Shown here in pieces: positions 20,407-29,842 of a DNA stretch of 50,579 nt. The stretch comes from an uncultured Clostridium sp. (GTDB lineage: Bacteria; Cyanobacteriota; Vampirovibrionia; Gastranaerophilales; Gastranaerophilaceae), in NCBI GenBank assembly GCA_958449715.1, contig CAUDIU010000001.1, positions 1-50,579 of the forward strand, written 5' to 3'. Under the pieces are notes generated by a model. That model did no database searches. It saw nothing but the letters and a program-made list of their open reading frames with translations, and was not told the origin of the DNA. How positions within the stretch are numbered: the stretch's first letter is position 1; the number at the start of each line of letters is the position of its first letter. The translations under genes and the position numbers were made by a program.

Positions 20407-21131
20407 TTAATAAGTCATTTCCCAATTATCATTAAGAATTCTACCAAAACAACCTCCACCACCTGCATCTGGAGCTTCTTCTAGAGATTGACAGTATTTT
20501 TTATATATATCCTCTCTTTGTTCATTGGTCAAAGGAGCATTAACATTAGCATCATCTCCAAAATCATCAACCCTGCCATTATTATATATATAAATCCAAA
20601 ACAAATCCCGACCTTGAACATTTGGTCCTTGTGCTCCATTCACATCAACAGCCATATTGATTATTTTATTAGGTCCCTCTACATAATATGCAGGTCTAAT
20701 CGATGCACCACTTGCTAAAACATAAGATTTTAAATTTCTAGAAAACATTTTATCATTTTCAACTGTACCATCAAGTTTTTTATACTGATCTGCAAAACAT
20801 TCAGTCATTGAATCACACTCTTTAATAACTTTAAAATAAGTCTTAATCATTTTATCTACTGAATCTTGCGATGTTAAACCAGCTTCTTTCAAATTTACAG
20901 CATTTCTATCTGTTTGAAACATTTCCAGTACTTGCAAAGTTTCATTATAAACTTTATGTAATTGAATAACATAACTTTTTCTTTGATAATTTTGCATCAA
21001 AGTCGGTACTGTCATTGCTGAAACAATGCCAATAATACCCAAAGTTACTAATACTTCTGCGAGAGTAAAACCTCTGTAGGAGCCTAAATTATGCCCCCCC
21101 CCCGACTTACTTTACTTAACAATCTAAACAT
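20407..21131 (-). CDS. type IV pilin-like protein 2, frameshifted at a G10 tract in the leader (OFF as assembled)
   Basis: ATG 21131 after GAAAGGAGC gives MFRLLSKVSRGGGII*. One extra G gives MFRLLSKVSRGGGHNLGSYRG|FTLAEVLVTLGIIGIVSAMTVP..., continuous with ORF 20407..21042 (241 aa). Confidence 0.9.
21094..21103 (-). repeat. G10 homopolymer in the prepilin leader (pilin 2)
   Basis: C10 on the + strand at 21094-21103. Confidence 0.95.
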
Positions 21132-21159
21132 AAATGCTCCTTTCATACTATACAAATTA

Positions 21160-21188
21160 ATTATAACAAAATTTTACAATCTTTTCAA
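21160..21188 (-). promoter_or_regulatory. sigma-70-type promoter of pilin 2 (TTGAAA-17-TATAAT, extended -10 TG)
   Basis: Minus strand TTGAAA agattgtaaaattttgt TATAAT. Confidence 0.75.
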
Positions 21189-21193
21189 CATAT

Positions 21194-21218
21194 AAAAAAA
21201 AGAGGCATAAAATGCCTC
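21194..21218 (-). terminator. intrinsic terminator of sepF
   Basis: GAGGCAT-ttt-ATGCCTC followed by T8 on the minus strand. Confidence 0.8.
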
Positions 21219-21256
21219 ATATTCAACTATCTCTCTCTTTCTCATATTATTTTGAC

Positions 21257-21760
21257 TTATTGTAAAGGAGCTCTCCACAATGAGTCATTAAATTTATTTT
21301 GATTAGCATTTACATCAACAGACAAAGTTACATTGCTTGGAGTAAATACAAATACTAAATCACCAACTTTTTGAGGTTTGCCATCTAATGCATGAGCTGC
21401 ACCACAAACAAAATCAATTGTTCTTTGTGATTGTTCTTTATCCAATAGGTGAAGGTTTAAAACGATGGTTTTTCTATTTCTTAGATGTTGAACAATAGTA
21501 GCAGCATCTTCAAAAGAGCGAGGTTCCATAACTTTTACTTCATAACCTTTAAAATTAGGATGGCTTACAACTTTAATTTCATTTGTTCTGTCAACTGAAG
21601 GTTGTTGATAAGAATATTCTGGCTGAAGAGCTACGTTATCTTCTACAGGATAATCGATATCTGCTTCCTGAGCCATTTCATCAAAAATTGTTTCTCTTGG
21701 TTCAAATCCTTTTACTAAAAAATCTACTACTGATTTAATTTTGTCTGTTACTACTGCCAC
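21257..21760 (-). CDS. sepF: cell division protein SepF
   Basis: EPRSFEDA, IVLNL, QRTIDFVCGA, FVFTPSNV; follows yggS. Confidence 0.93.
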   Translation of the reverse strand: MAVVTDKIKSVVDFLVKGFEPRETIFDEMAQEADIDYPVEDNVALQPEYSYQQPSVDRTNEIKVVSHPNFKGYEVKVMEPRSFEDAATIVQHLRNRKTIVLNLHLLDKEQSQRTIDFVCGAAHALDGKPQKVGDLVFVFTPSNVTLSVDVNANQNKFNDSLWRAPLQ

Positions 21761-21779
21761 CGTTTTTCCTCCGTTTATC

Positions 21780-22445
21780 TTACTTTATAAATAATTTTCT
21801 ACCAATCCTAAGCATTGTCGCACCGTGTTTTACTGCGATTTTGTAATCCTGGCTCATCCCCATAGACAATTCTTTTAATTTGTAATTAAATTTTTTTTCA
21901 AGTTTCAATTTAATTTGCAAAATATCTTCAAATAAATAATTTAATTCTTCATCAGTTGCCCCTAAAGGTGCCATATTCATTAACCCGCAAATTTCAATAT
22001 TAGGAAGTTCTTTTATTGAATTAAAAACCTCAAATACTTCATCTTTAGAAAATCCAAATTTTTGTTCTTCATTCGCATTATTTACTTGAAGAAGAATTTT
22101 TTGAACTATCCCTGTATTACAAGCTTCATCAGATATTACTTTTGCGAGCTTATAAGAATCTACAGAGTGAATATAATCAAAATGACCTATAACTTTTTTC
22201 ACTTTATTGGTTTGAAGATGTCCTATAAAATGAAATTTTGAATTATTTTTCACATCTGCAGGAAGATTATTTATCTTCTCAATTGCCTCAATTACTCTTG
22301 ATTCTGCGAAATTCCTTAACCCTGCATTATACGCATCGATCATTGCACTTTCGTCAAAATACTTTGTAACCGCTATGATATTTGGTGTATAAGGTGCGAT
22401 TTCTTCCTGTATCCGTAAAAGATTTTGTCTAACTGTATTGTCCAT
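21780..22445 (-). CDS. yggS: PLP homeostasis protein (YggS/PipY)
   Basis: IAVTKY, HFIGHLQTNKVK, HSVDS, LSMGMSQDY, LRIG. Confidence 0.95.
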   Translation of the reverse strand: MDNTVRQNLLRIQEEIAPYTPNIIAVTKYFDESAMIDAYNAGLRNFAESRVIEAIEKINNLPADVKNNSKFHFIGHLQTNKVKKVIGHFDYIHSVDSYKLAKVISDEACNTGIVQKILLQVNNANEEQKFGFSKDEVFEVFNSIKELPNIEICGLMNMAPLGATDEELNYLFEDILQIKLKLEKKFNYKLKELSMGMSQDYKIAVKHGATMLRIGRKLFIK

Positions 22446-22770
22446 AAATAATCATCCTACCTCTACAAGAAGTTGAATATATTATTAATTGTACTCTATA
22501 CATCTAAGGTGGACAACTTTTTTATTTTAAACCGTTCCTCCGCTTTTAAATTTTCCCCGAAACCATGATGATGACATGTTTTCAGCTGATTTTACATTTC
22601 TTCAAGTTTGGTTAATATTTTGTAATATTGTCTCTTTTAGGGCATGCTTTTTAATATTTTTGCCATATACCCGATGTACATTATTAGAATAAACTACATT
22701 TTCACATATTTTATCCTTTAAATGCATGAGATTTTTTGATTTTTTTAAAGAAATCTGTATATAATCGATT

Positions 22771-24240
22771 ATGGATATTTTAGAAAAAGAAAAATTTAAT
22801 AAAGCGTTTCAATTACACTCTGATGGAATATTAGACCAAGCAGAGACTGTTTATAACGAAATATTAGGAGAAAACCCTAAGAATGCAGAAGTTTTAAACT
22901 TATTAGGAGTTTTAAAATTATCACAAAATAAATTAGAAGAAGCTGAAACATTTATTACAAAAGCTTTATCTATAAAAAAAGACGCTTATTTCTATGAAAA
23001 TTTAGCAAAAGTGTATGAAGCCAAAAAAGATGTTACAAAAGAAATAGAAATCCTTGAAGAAGCTATTAATACTCTAAATTGCGGGTTTGAAATATATTTC
23101 TTATTAGGTCTTGCATATAAAAATAATATAGAATATGAAAAAGCCGAAAAAGCTTACCTAAAAGCTATAGAAATTAACCCAAAATCAGAAAAAGCCTGCT
23201 ATAACTTAGCAAGTTTATATCTATTTTTGAATAACCCTCAAAAAGCAATAGAATATTTTCAAAAATGCCATGAAATAAATCCTGAAGACAAAGAAGTCTT
23301 ATATTTCTTATCATTAGGCTATTTAAGAATAAAAGATTACCAAACAGGACTAAAATATTTTGAAAACAGACTATGCAGAAATACTGCAATTATATCTCAG
23401 CAAGTAACATATCCAAATATCCTTAAAAAAGCTCCAATATGGCAAGGCGAAGATATTTCGGATAAAACATTATACACATACTATGAAGCCGGATTTGGTG
23501 ATATGATTATGTTTGCAAGATATTTACCTGAACTGCAAAAAAGATGTAAAAAAATAATTCTAAAACCTCAAAAAGCTTTAGTACAACTATTTAAAGATAA
23601 TTTCCCTGACGTAGAAATTATGAATTTATTTTACGAAGAAGACAAAATCAATTTTGATGTCCATCTTCCTTTTCTCAGTTTACCATACGTTTTAGGGCTT
23701 AATAATGAAGAAGTATTTATGCATCACGATAAATATTTAAAAGCTGTACCTGAAAAAGTTCAGTATTATAAAGAAAACTTCTTTAATAATGATAAATTTA
23801 AAATCGCAATAAAATGGCAAGGGAACACTTATTACGAAACAGATAGGGTAATAAATGTTGAAGCTTTTGCCCCACTATTTGACATAACAAATGTAAAAAT
23901 ATATTCAGCTCAAACATTTGAAGGTTCAGAAGAATTTGAAAAATTATCTTCCAAATACGATATAACTGATTTAGCGAGCAGCTTTAAAAATTTTTCAGAC
24001 ACCGCAGGAGCTTTAGAAAATGTTGACCTAGTAATATGCAGCGATACATCTTTAGCTCACCTTGCAGGAGCTATGGGTAAACCTTGTATTGTACTGTTAC
24101 CTTACAACTACAACTGGAGATGGCACATGGATTTAACTCACTGCGACTGGTATGACAGTGTTAAATTATTCCGCTTAGGCAAAAAAGAAACTTGGAATGA
24201 ATTAATGCTGAGAGTAGTTAATTCTTTGAATATAAAATAG
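22771..24240 (+). CDS. TPR-repeat protein with C-terminal GT9-like glycosyltransferase domain
   Basis: N-terminal TPRs; WQGE, EAGFGDMIMFARY, DLVICSDTSLAHLAGAMGKP, WRW, WYDSV. Confidence 0.85.
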   Translation: MDILEKEKFNKAFQLHSDGILDQAETVYNEILGENPKNAEVLNLLGVLKLSQNKLEEAETFITKALSIKKDAYFYENLAKVYEAKKDVTKEIEILEEAINTLNCGFEIYFLLGLAYKNNIEYEKAEKAYLKAIEINPKSEKACYNLASLYLFLNNPQKAIEYFQKCHEINPEDKEVLYFLSLGYLRIKDYQTGLKYFENRLCRNTAIISQQVTYPNILKKAPIWQGEDISDKTLYTYYEAGFGDMIMFARYLPELQKRCKKIILKPQKALVQLFKDNFPDVEIMNLFYEEDKINFDVHLPFLSLPYVLGLNNEEVFMHHDKYLKAVPEKVQYYKENFFNNDKFKIAIKWQGNTYYETDRVINVEAFAPLFDITNVKIYSAQTFEGSEEFEKLSSKYDITDLASSFKNFSDTAGALENVDLVICSDTSLAHLAGAMGKPCIVLLPYNYNWRWHMDLTHCDWYDSVKLFRLGKKETWNELMLRVVNSLNIK

Positions 24241-24272
24241 CAAAAAATATATTGTTCAAACTTAAACTAAAC

Positions 24273-25220
24273 ATGAATAATATAAATATTTATGTATTAA
24301 ATCATTCTAAAAACATATCATTCTTTGGAAACAGCCAGCAGTTTAGAAAAGAATATTCTCAAAAAGTACAAAAAAATCAATTATCAGAAACAAATATTTC
24401 AAATCTACAAGGACTCACAAAGCTATTCTCAAATGAAGGTCTAACCTATAATGAGACATTAAAAGCTGCAAAAAAGAACCCATTTATGTTATTTCATAAA
24501 CCGGAAACAATGGAATATAACATAAAAGAAGTTGTCAAAAGGTTTAAAGAATTTGGGCTTACTAATGAAAAATATTTAAAATGTGCACTAAATCAAAGTG
24601 TATTATTCTCCATTTCCCCAAATACTGTTGAAAGAAATATAAATGAAACCGTTAAATTTTTTGAAAAATTCGGCCTTTCAACTAATAAATATTTAAACTG
24701 TGCGGAGCTCAACCCTTCTATATTTACATTAAAACCACAAACAGCTAAAAATAAAATAACCCAAATTGCCCAAAAGCTTAATATAGCAATTGAAGAAATC
24801 CTTGAAATGTTTATTAAGCAACCATACTTATTCGCATGCAGCGAAAAAGAAGTTATAAAAAAATTCGAAATATTCAAATACATTGAAGAAAATAAGTATT
24901 TTGATCAAAAAAAATCACTACCAGACTTAGATGAATTTAACAAATCAATTTTAAGAAAAAAATATACTAACTCAACAAATACTTGCTTTATGCAACTGCT
25001 TCGAAACAAAATTTCCAATAATCTAAAAAAAGGAACAAAATTACCGCATTTCAATCTTGAAAATAGTTTAAAAAATTTTATTATATTCAATCAAAACAAC
25101 AAAATTGGATTTACAATACTTGACGGCAAATATGCTGATGATTTTATAAAATTTGCATCAAAATTATCTAGATCAGTAATCCATAAAAATATATTCCAAA
25201 TAACAACTATAGTAAAATAG
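24273..25220 (+). CDS. hypothetical protein with ~39-aa mTERF-like helical repeats
   Basis: Tandem repeats starting at 24438, 24555, 24672 and 24780 (GL[TS]xxxYLxxAxxxPxxF...P.T...NI). ATG 24273 preferred over TTG 24252. Confidence 0.7.
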   Translation: MNNINIYVLNHSKNISFFGNSQQFRKEYSQKVQKNQLSETNISNLQGLTKLFSNEGLTYNETLKAAKKNPFMLFHKPETMEYNIKEVVKRFKEFGLTNEKYLKCALNQSVLFSISPNTVERNINETVKFFEKFGLSTNKYLNCAELNPSIFTLKPQTAKNKITQIAQKLNIAIEEILEMFIKQPYLFACSEKEVIKKFEIFKYIEENKYFDQKKSLPDLDEFNKSILRKKYTNSTNTCFMQLLRNKISNNLKKGTKLPHFNLENSLKNFIIFNQNNKIGFTILDGKYADDFIKFASKLSRSVIHKNIFQITTIVK

Positions 25221-25221
25221 C

Positions 25222-26097
25222 TTATTTAACTTTTTGGAATATCATTACATATTCGTGTTTAAAGATGAAAAAACCGCCTGCGAGAGCTCTATATCGCCAT
25301 AAATTAGCAGTTTTTCCCTTTGCACGTTCATTTCCTTGAATATCTTTTACAATAATTCCTTTTAGTCTGAAACCTAAATTCATCATTCTAGCCATACATT
25401 CAAAACCTAAAGGCTGAACTTCTGAATTTTTATAACTGTCTCCAATAATTAATGCTGCGAAACGGCCTTTTTCAAGCATATCGTAACCATTTTTTGCAAC
25501 TTTTGCAAATAAATCATAAAATTCTTCAGTAGATTCACAGTTAGATAAATCTTCTTTTTTATCAGAAAATTTGATAATATCATCATAAGGCGGATGAAGA
25601 ATTAAGAATTGAGCTTTTTCTTCTCTCATAATATCAAGACTTGCCTGAACTTTTTCTTTCGCTTCTTCTGAAGCAGAATCCGCACAAATAATACGAACAT
25701 CTGTTACTAATTGTTTTGGTGTAAATTTTTGAGATACACTCTCTGCTAATTCATCTTTTAATTCAACACCAATACATCTTCTGCCCATATTAACAGCTTC
25801 AATTCCAGATGTTCCTGAGCCGAAAAATAAATCTAGTACAACATCATTTTTCTTTGTAAATCTTTCATATAATTGTTGAGCGATTTGAGGAATATAATTT
25901 CCATGATATTCGTTTGAATGTCCACCTTCTCTCAAGCGACTTGGAAATTCCCATAATGTATCAGTTTTTACATGATCATATGCTTTCCAATTATTCAAAT
26001 CAATATCGCTATATTTAGTTGTTTTGACAGGTTTTACAACCTGCAAATCTGCTTTTTTTGAAGGTTTTAATTTTGTATTAATTCTCGCTCTTACCAA
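25222..26097 (-). CDS. orphan amino (N4/N6-type) methyltransferase
   Basis: HGNYIPQI, SAM-binding LDLFFGSGT, catalytic-like ILHPPY, HEYVMIFQK. Confidence 0.75.
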   Translation of the reverse strand: MVRARINTKLKPSKKADLQVVKPVKTTKYSDIDLNNWKAYDHVKTDTLWEFPSRLREGGHSNEYHGNYIPQIAQQLYERFTKKNDVVLDLFFGSGTSGIEAVNMGRRCIGVELKDELAESVSQKFTPKQLVTDVRIICADSASEEAKEKVQASLDIMREEKAQFLILHPPYDDIIKFSDKKEDLSNCESTEEFYDLFAKVAKNGYDMLEKGRFAALIIGDSYKNSEVQPLGFECMARMMNLGFRLKGIIVKDIQGNERAKGKTANLWRYRALAGGFFIFKHEYVMIFQKVK

Positions 26098-26215
26098 GTC
26101 TATATCTCCCTATAAAAAATTTTCTCTTTATAGCATCTTATAGAAATGTTTCAAATTTGTAATCAAACATTTAGATGAATTTGTGTTTGTTGTAGATTGA
26201 AAAATAGATGGAGGT

Positions 26216-27241
26216 ATGATGTTCGAGGGAGCATTTACACTAAGCGATTTTTATAGAATAGCAGGATTTTTACTTTCAATGTACGCCTGCGTATCAAACG
26301 ATATTATTCAAACTTTAGGTACTTTTTTAAGTGCCAACAAGAAAACCCCGTTTTATTATTTATGGGCATTTTCTGTTATAGTTTTAGTTTTAACAATTGG
26401 AATAGGCTGGGTAGTCAATGACGGTGATATGTCATTCGGACTTTTAACAAGAATTCCGGTAACTGAAAATTATACATTTTTATACTTGCTACCACCTATT
26501 ATTTTAATTCTTTTAACAAGATGGGGAATTCCAGTTGCAACAACTTTTTTAGTTCTGAGTGTTTTTTCCGTAAGCGATGTATCTGTTATTTGGATGATGC
26601 TTACAAAATCTGTACTCGGATATGTCATAGCATTTATTGTAGCAATTATTATTTACAATATCATTGGACGTCCTGTTGAAAGATATTTTTACTATACACA
26701 AAAACGCTCTGGTGATACTAAAATCTCAAAATGGTGGATGGTTGCAAAATGGTGTTCTACAGCATTCATCTGGTCACAATGGTTAATGCAGGATTCTGCA
26801 AAATTATTCATTTACCTACCTAGAAAAGCGTCCATTTGGGAATTATTATTTGTACTTGTATGTTTCACAATATTCTTAGGAATACTTACATACAAACGAG
26901 GCGGTGATATTCAAAAAATCGTTAAAATGAAAACAAATGTACAAGATCCTCGTTCCGCAACTATTATTGATATTATTTACGCATTTTTATTAATGTATTT
27001 TATAAACCTAAACAATGTTCCAATGTCTACAACTTGGGTGTTCATAGGACTTTTAGCAGGTAGAGAAATTGCACTTTACCAAAGATTAAGATTTGAATCA
27101 CCTAAAAAAATGTATAAACACATTATCAAAGACTTGTACAAAGTAACATTAGGTTTGATTGTATCAATTGTAGTTGTAGTACTATTAACTCAATTTGATT
27201 ACGTAAAGCATTTCTTTTTCTCTCACTTCATAGGAGGCTAA
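26216..27241 (+). CDS. polytopic membrane protein, distant PiT/PHO4 phosphate-transporter-like
   Basis: About 10 TM segments; SNDIIQTLGTF, GIPVATTF, PMSTTWVFIGLLAGRE. Confidence 0.6.
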   Translation: MMFEGAFTLSDFYRIAGFLLSMYACVSNDIIQTLGTFLSANKKTPFYYLWAFSVIVLVLTIGIGWVVNDGDMSFGLLTRIPVTENYTFLYLLPPIILILLTRWGIPVATTFLVLSVFSVSDVSVIWMMLTKSVLGYVIAFIVAIIIYNIIGRPVERYFYYTQKRSGDTKISKWWMVAKWCSTAFIWSQWLMQDSAKLFIYLPRKASIWELLFVLVCFTIFLGILTYKRGGDIQKIVKMKTNVQDPRSATIIDIIYAFLLMYFINLNNVPMSTTWVFIGLLAGREIALYQRLRFESPKKMYKHIIKDLYKVTLGLIVSIVVVVLLTQFDYVKHFFFSHFIGG

Positions 27242-27242
27242 T

Positions 27243-29027
27243 ATGGCTAGAATTCAGCAGTTATCAAAGCATTTAATAAACCAAATTGCAGCGGGAGAAG
27301 TAATTGAAAGACCGGCATCTGTCGTAAAAGAGCTCGTAGAAAACTCTGTTGATGCAGGCTCATCTAAAATAAGTATTGAAATTAATAATGATTGTAGAGA
27401 TATAAGAGTTGCTGATAACGGCTGCGGTATTCACCCTGATGATATTATGCTCGCGTTTTCAAAACATGCAACAAGCAAAATCGCTTCAGATGAAGACTTA
27501 TTCAATATTCATACTCTCGGCTTTAGAGGAGAAGCACTATCTAGTATTATTTCTATTTCAAAATTAACTTGTACCACAAGAACTGCTGATTTTGATACAG
27601 GTACAAAAGTTAAATGTGAGAATTCTGAAGTAAAACAAGTTGAAACAGGCTGTGCAGTCGGAACTATTATGGACATCAAAGACCTCTTTTACAATCTTCC
27701 TGCACGTTTAAAATTCTTGAAAAGCCCAAATACTGAATTTTCATATATTCAAGAACTCGTTCAAGCAATAGCTCTTGCACATCCTGAATGTTCTTTTGAA
27801 CTTAAAAAGAACGGAAAAACAATGCTTAAAACAGCTGGGCAAAATAACCTTTTACAAACAATAAAAGAAGTTTACTCTGCAGATGTAATAGCGAATTTAA
27901 AAGAAGTCTTAAAAACTGACAATCTTGCTGGCCTAAAAATATCAGGATATGTAAGCACCCCTGATTATACTCGTTCAAGCAAAAAAAGTTATCATATCTA
28001 CATAAATTCAAGAACGGTTAAATGTCCGATTTTCCAAAAAGCAATAGATACAGCTTATAAAAGTCTCATTGCAAACGGCAAATATCCTTTTGTAGTATTG
28101 AACTTAGAAATTCCGCCATCAGATGTTGATGTGAATGTCCACCCAACAAAAAAAGAAGTAAGATACAAAAATACAAACCAAATATTCAATTTCATCTACA
28201 CTTCAATTCAAGCTGGACTTGCAAATTATGTTGAAAAAAATACAATTAATCCGCAACAATATACTCCAAATGAAAGTTTTCAACAAAACAATATTATTGA
28301 TTTTGTTCAGCCAAAAATGGAACAATCTGGAGATATTTTCTTTGATAAGCAAGACGATACAATCTATGTATCTGATAAATTAATGGAGCAAGAAACGAAA
28401 GAATTAAAAGAAACTCAAGTTGAACAAACAGAACAAAAACAATTCTTTATCCCTGTTGAAAAAGAAACTGAACCTGAAGAAAATATTGTAGGTCAATATA
28501 AAAACACATATATTCTTGTTGAAAAAGAGGACGGACTGGAAATTGTCGACCAGCACATAGCAGAAGAAAGATACATCTATGAAAAATTAATGTCTGAAAA
28601 AAATATTGTATCTCAAATGCTTTTTGTATCAGATGTTGTACCTGTATCAAGTTCAGAAGCCGAACTTATAAAAGAAAACATTGATAAATTTGAAAAATTC
28701 GGATATGGAATAGAGTTTTTGAAAGATAATGAACTTATTTTCCGCAAAGTACCTCAAATGATTGCAAAAGTAAATCCTAAAGAAATTTTAGCAGACATTT
28801 TAGAAAATATAGACGGAAACATTGACAGATTAGAAGAAAAAATTCTAATCACAACCTCTTGCAAAGCATCAGTAAAAGCCGGTCAAAAACTCTCAATTTG
28901 GCAAATGCAGGAAATTATCAAAAAATGGCGTACGACAAAAATGCCATACACCTGTCCACATGGTCGTCCAATTGTAAAATTCTTCCCGCATAAAGAAATT
29001 GCAGGATTTTTTCAAAGAAATTTCTAG
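27243..29027 (+). CDS. mutL: DNA mismatch repair protein MutL
   Basis: IAAGEVIERP, KHATSK, GFRGEAL, DVNVHPTK, endonuclease motif DQHIAEER, CPHGRP. Confidence 0.98.
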   Translation: MARIQQLSKHLINQIAAGEVIERPASVVKELVENSVDAGSSKISIEINNDCRDIRVADNGCGIHPDDIMLAFSKHATSKIASDEDLFNIHTLGFRGEALSSIISISKLTCTTRTADFDTGTKVKCENSEVKQVETGCAVGTIMDIKDLFYNLPARLKFLKSPNTEFSYIQELVQAIALAHPECSFELKKNGKTMLKTAGQNNLLQTIKEVYSADVIANLKEVLKTDNLAGLKISGYVSTPDYTRSSKKSYHIYINSRTVKCPIFQKAIDTAYKSLIANGKYPFVVLNLEIPPSDVDVNVHPTKKEVRYKNTNQIFNFIYTSIQAGLANYVEKNTINPQQYTPNESFQQNNIIDFVQPKMEQSGDIFFDKQDDTIYVSDKLMEQETKELKETQVEQTEQKQFFIPVEKETEPEENIVGQYKNTYILVEKEDGLEIVDQHIAEERYIYEKLMSEKNIVSQMLFVSDVVPVSSSEAELIKENIDKFEKFGYGIEFLKDNELIFRKVPQMIAKVNPKEILADILENIDGNIDRLEEKILITTSCKASVKAGQKLSIWQMQEIIKKWRTTKMPYTCPHGRPIVKFFPHKEIAGFFQRNF

Positions 29028-29030
29028 AAA

Positions 29031-29785
29031 TTACCAAGGATAATCCTTGGCAATTTTCCAACCATCTTTCATTATTACTGTCGGACAACTATAACCTATC
29101 ATATAATTACCGGCTGAAAACTTTTGAGTATTTATACATTCCCCAGCATAAACATGTCCTGCTTCTAATAAGTCCTCTCGATTTTTTGAATAAAATAAAG
29201 TTTTAAACCCCGAATCTGCAGTAGATTTATCTAATTCAAAATAAAAAACTTCTCTTCCTGAACGTGGATATTTAGGATTTTTTATATACGCATAGACTCT
29301 AGTCTGATTAGAAAAAGAATCCCCTCTTCTATAAAAACGAAAAGCAATAACATCACCAGTTTGTTTTACTAAATATCCACCTCCCATATAACCAGAAACT
29401 ACTCCTCTATTATGATATAAATGGTAAATTGGATTTATCCCCAAACACTCTCGAGTAGATCCACATTGTCCTGATTCTACTACTTTTATATACGGCTCTA
29501 TATAAGTTTGCACCCATTTATCTAATTCATCAACCCCATAATAATCCCAACCAGAAGGATCTCCATAATCAGCTCTTGCCATTTGAATAATTTGGTTTAA
29601 TTCATTGTAAGCCTTTTTTACACTGGTTGCTGTAGCTTGTTTTTGGTAATTAGCAATAAACGCAGGCATTGTCAAAGCCACTACAACACCAATTATTCCC
29701 AATGTAATTAATACTTCTGCGAGAGTAAATCCCTTATTAGGAGCGGTTAATCTGCCCCCCCCCCGAAATTATTAAACCTTTTCAT
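29031..29785 (-). CDS. type IV pilin-like protein 3, frameshifted at a G10 tract in the leader (OFF as assembled)
   Basis: ATG 29785 after GAAAGGAGC gives MKRFNNFGGGAD*. One extra G gives MKRFNNFGGGGRLTAPNKG|FTLAEVLITLGIIGVVVALTMP..., continuous with ORF 29031..29702 (251 aa). Confidence 0.9.
29755..29764 (-). repeat. G10 homopolymer in the prepilin leader (pilin 3)
   Basis: C10 on the + strand at 29755-29764. Confidence 0.95.
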
Positions 29786-29802
29786 AACTAGCTCCTTTCC
29801 AT

Positions 29803-29842
29803 AAAAAAACAAACTGCTATATAAATTATAGCAGTTTGTTTT
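29803..29842 (-). terminator. intrinsic terminator of aroF
   Basis: 16-bp inverted repeat AAAACAAACTGCTATA/TATAGCAGTTTGTTTT with a T-tail on the minus strand. Confidence 0.8.

Noticed and set aside
27243..29785. Functional link between mutL and the adjacent poly-G pilin
   Set aside because: MutL looks intact, the genes are convergent, and the other two cassettes have unrelated neighbours.
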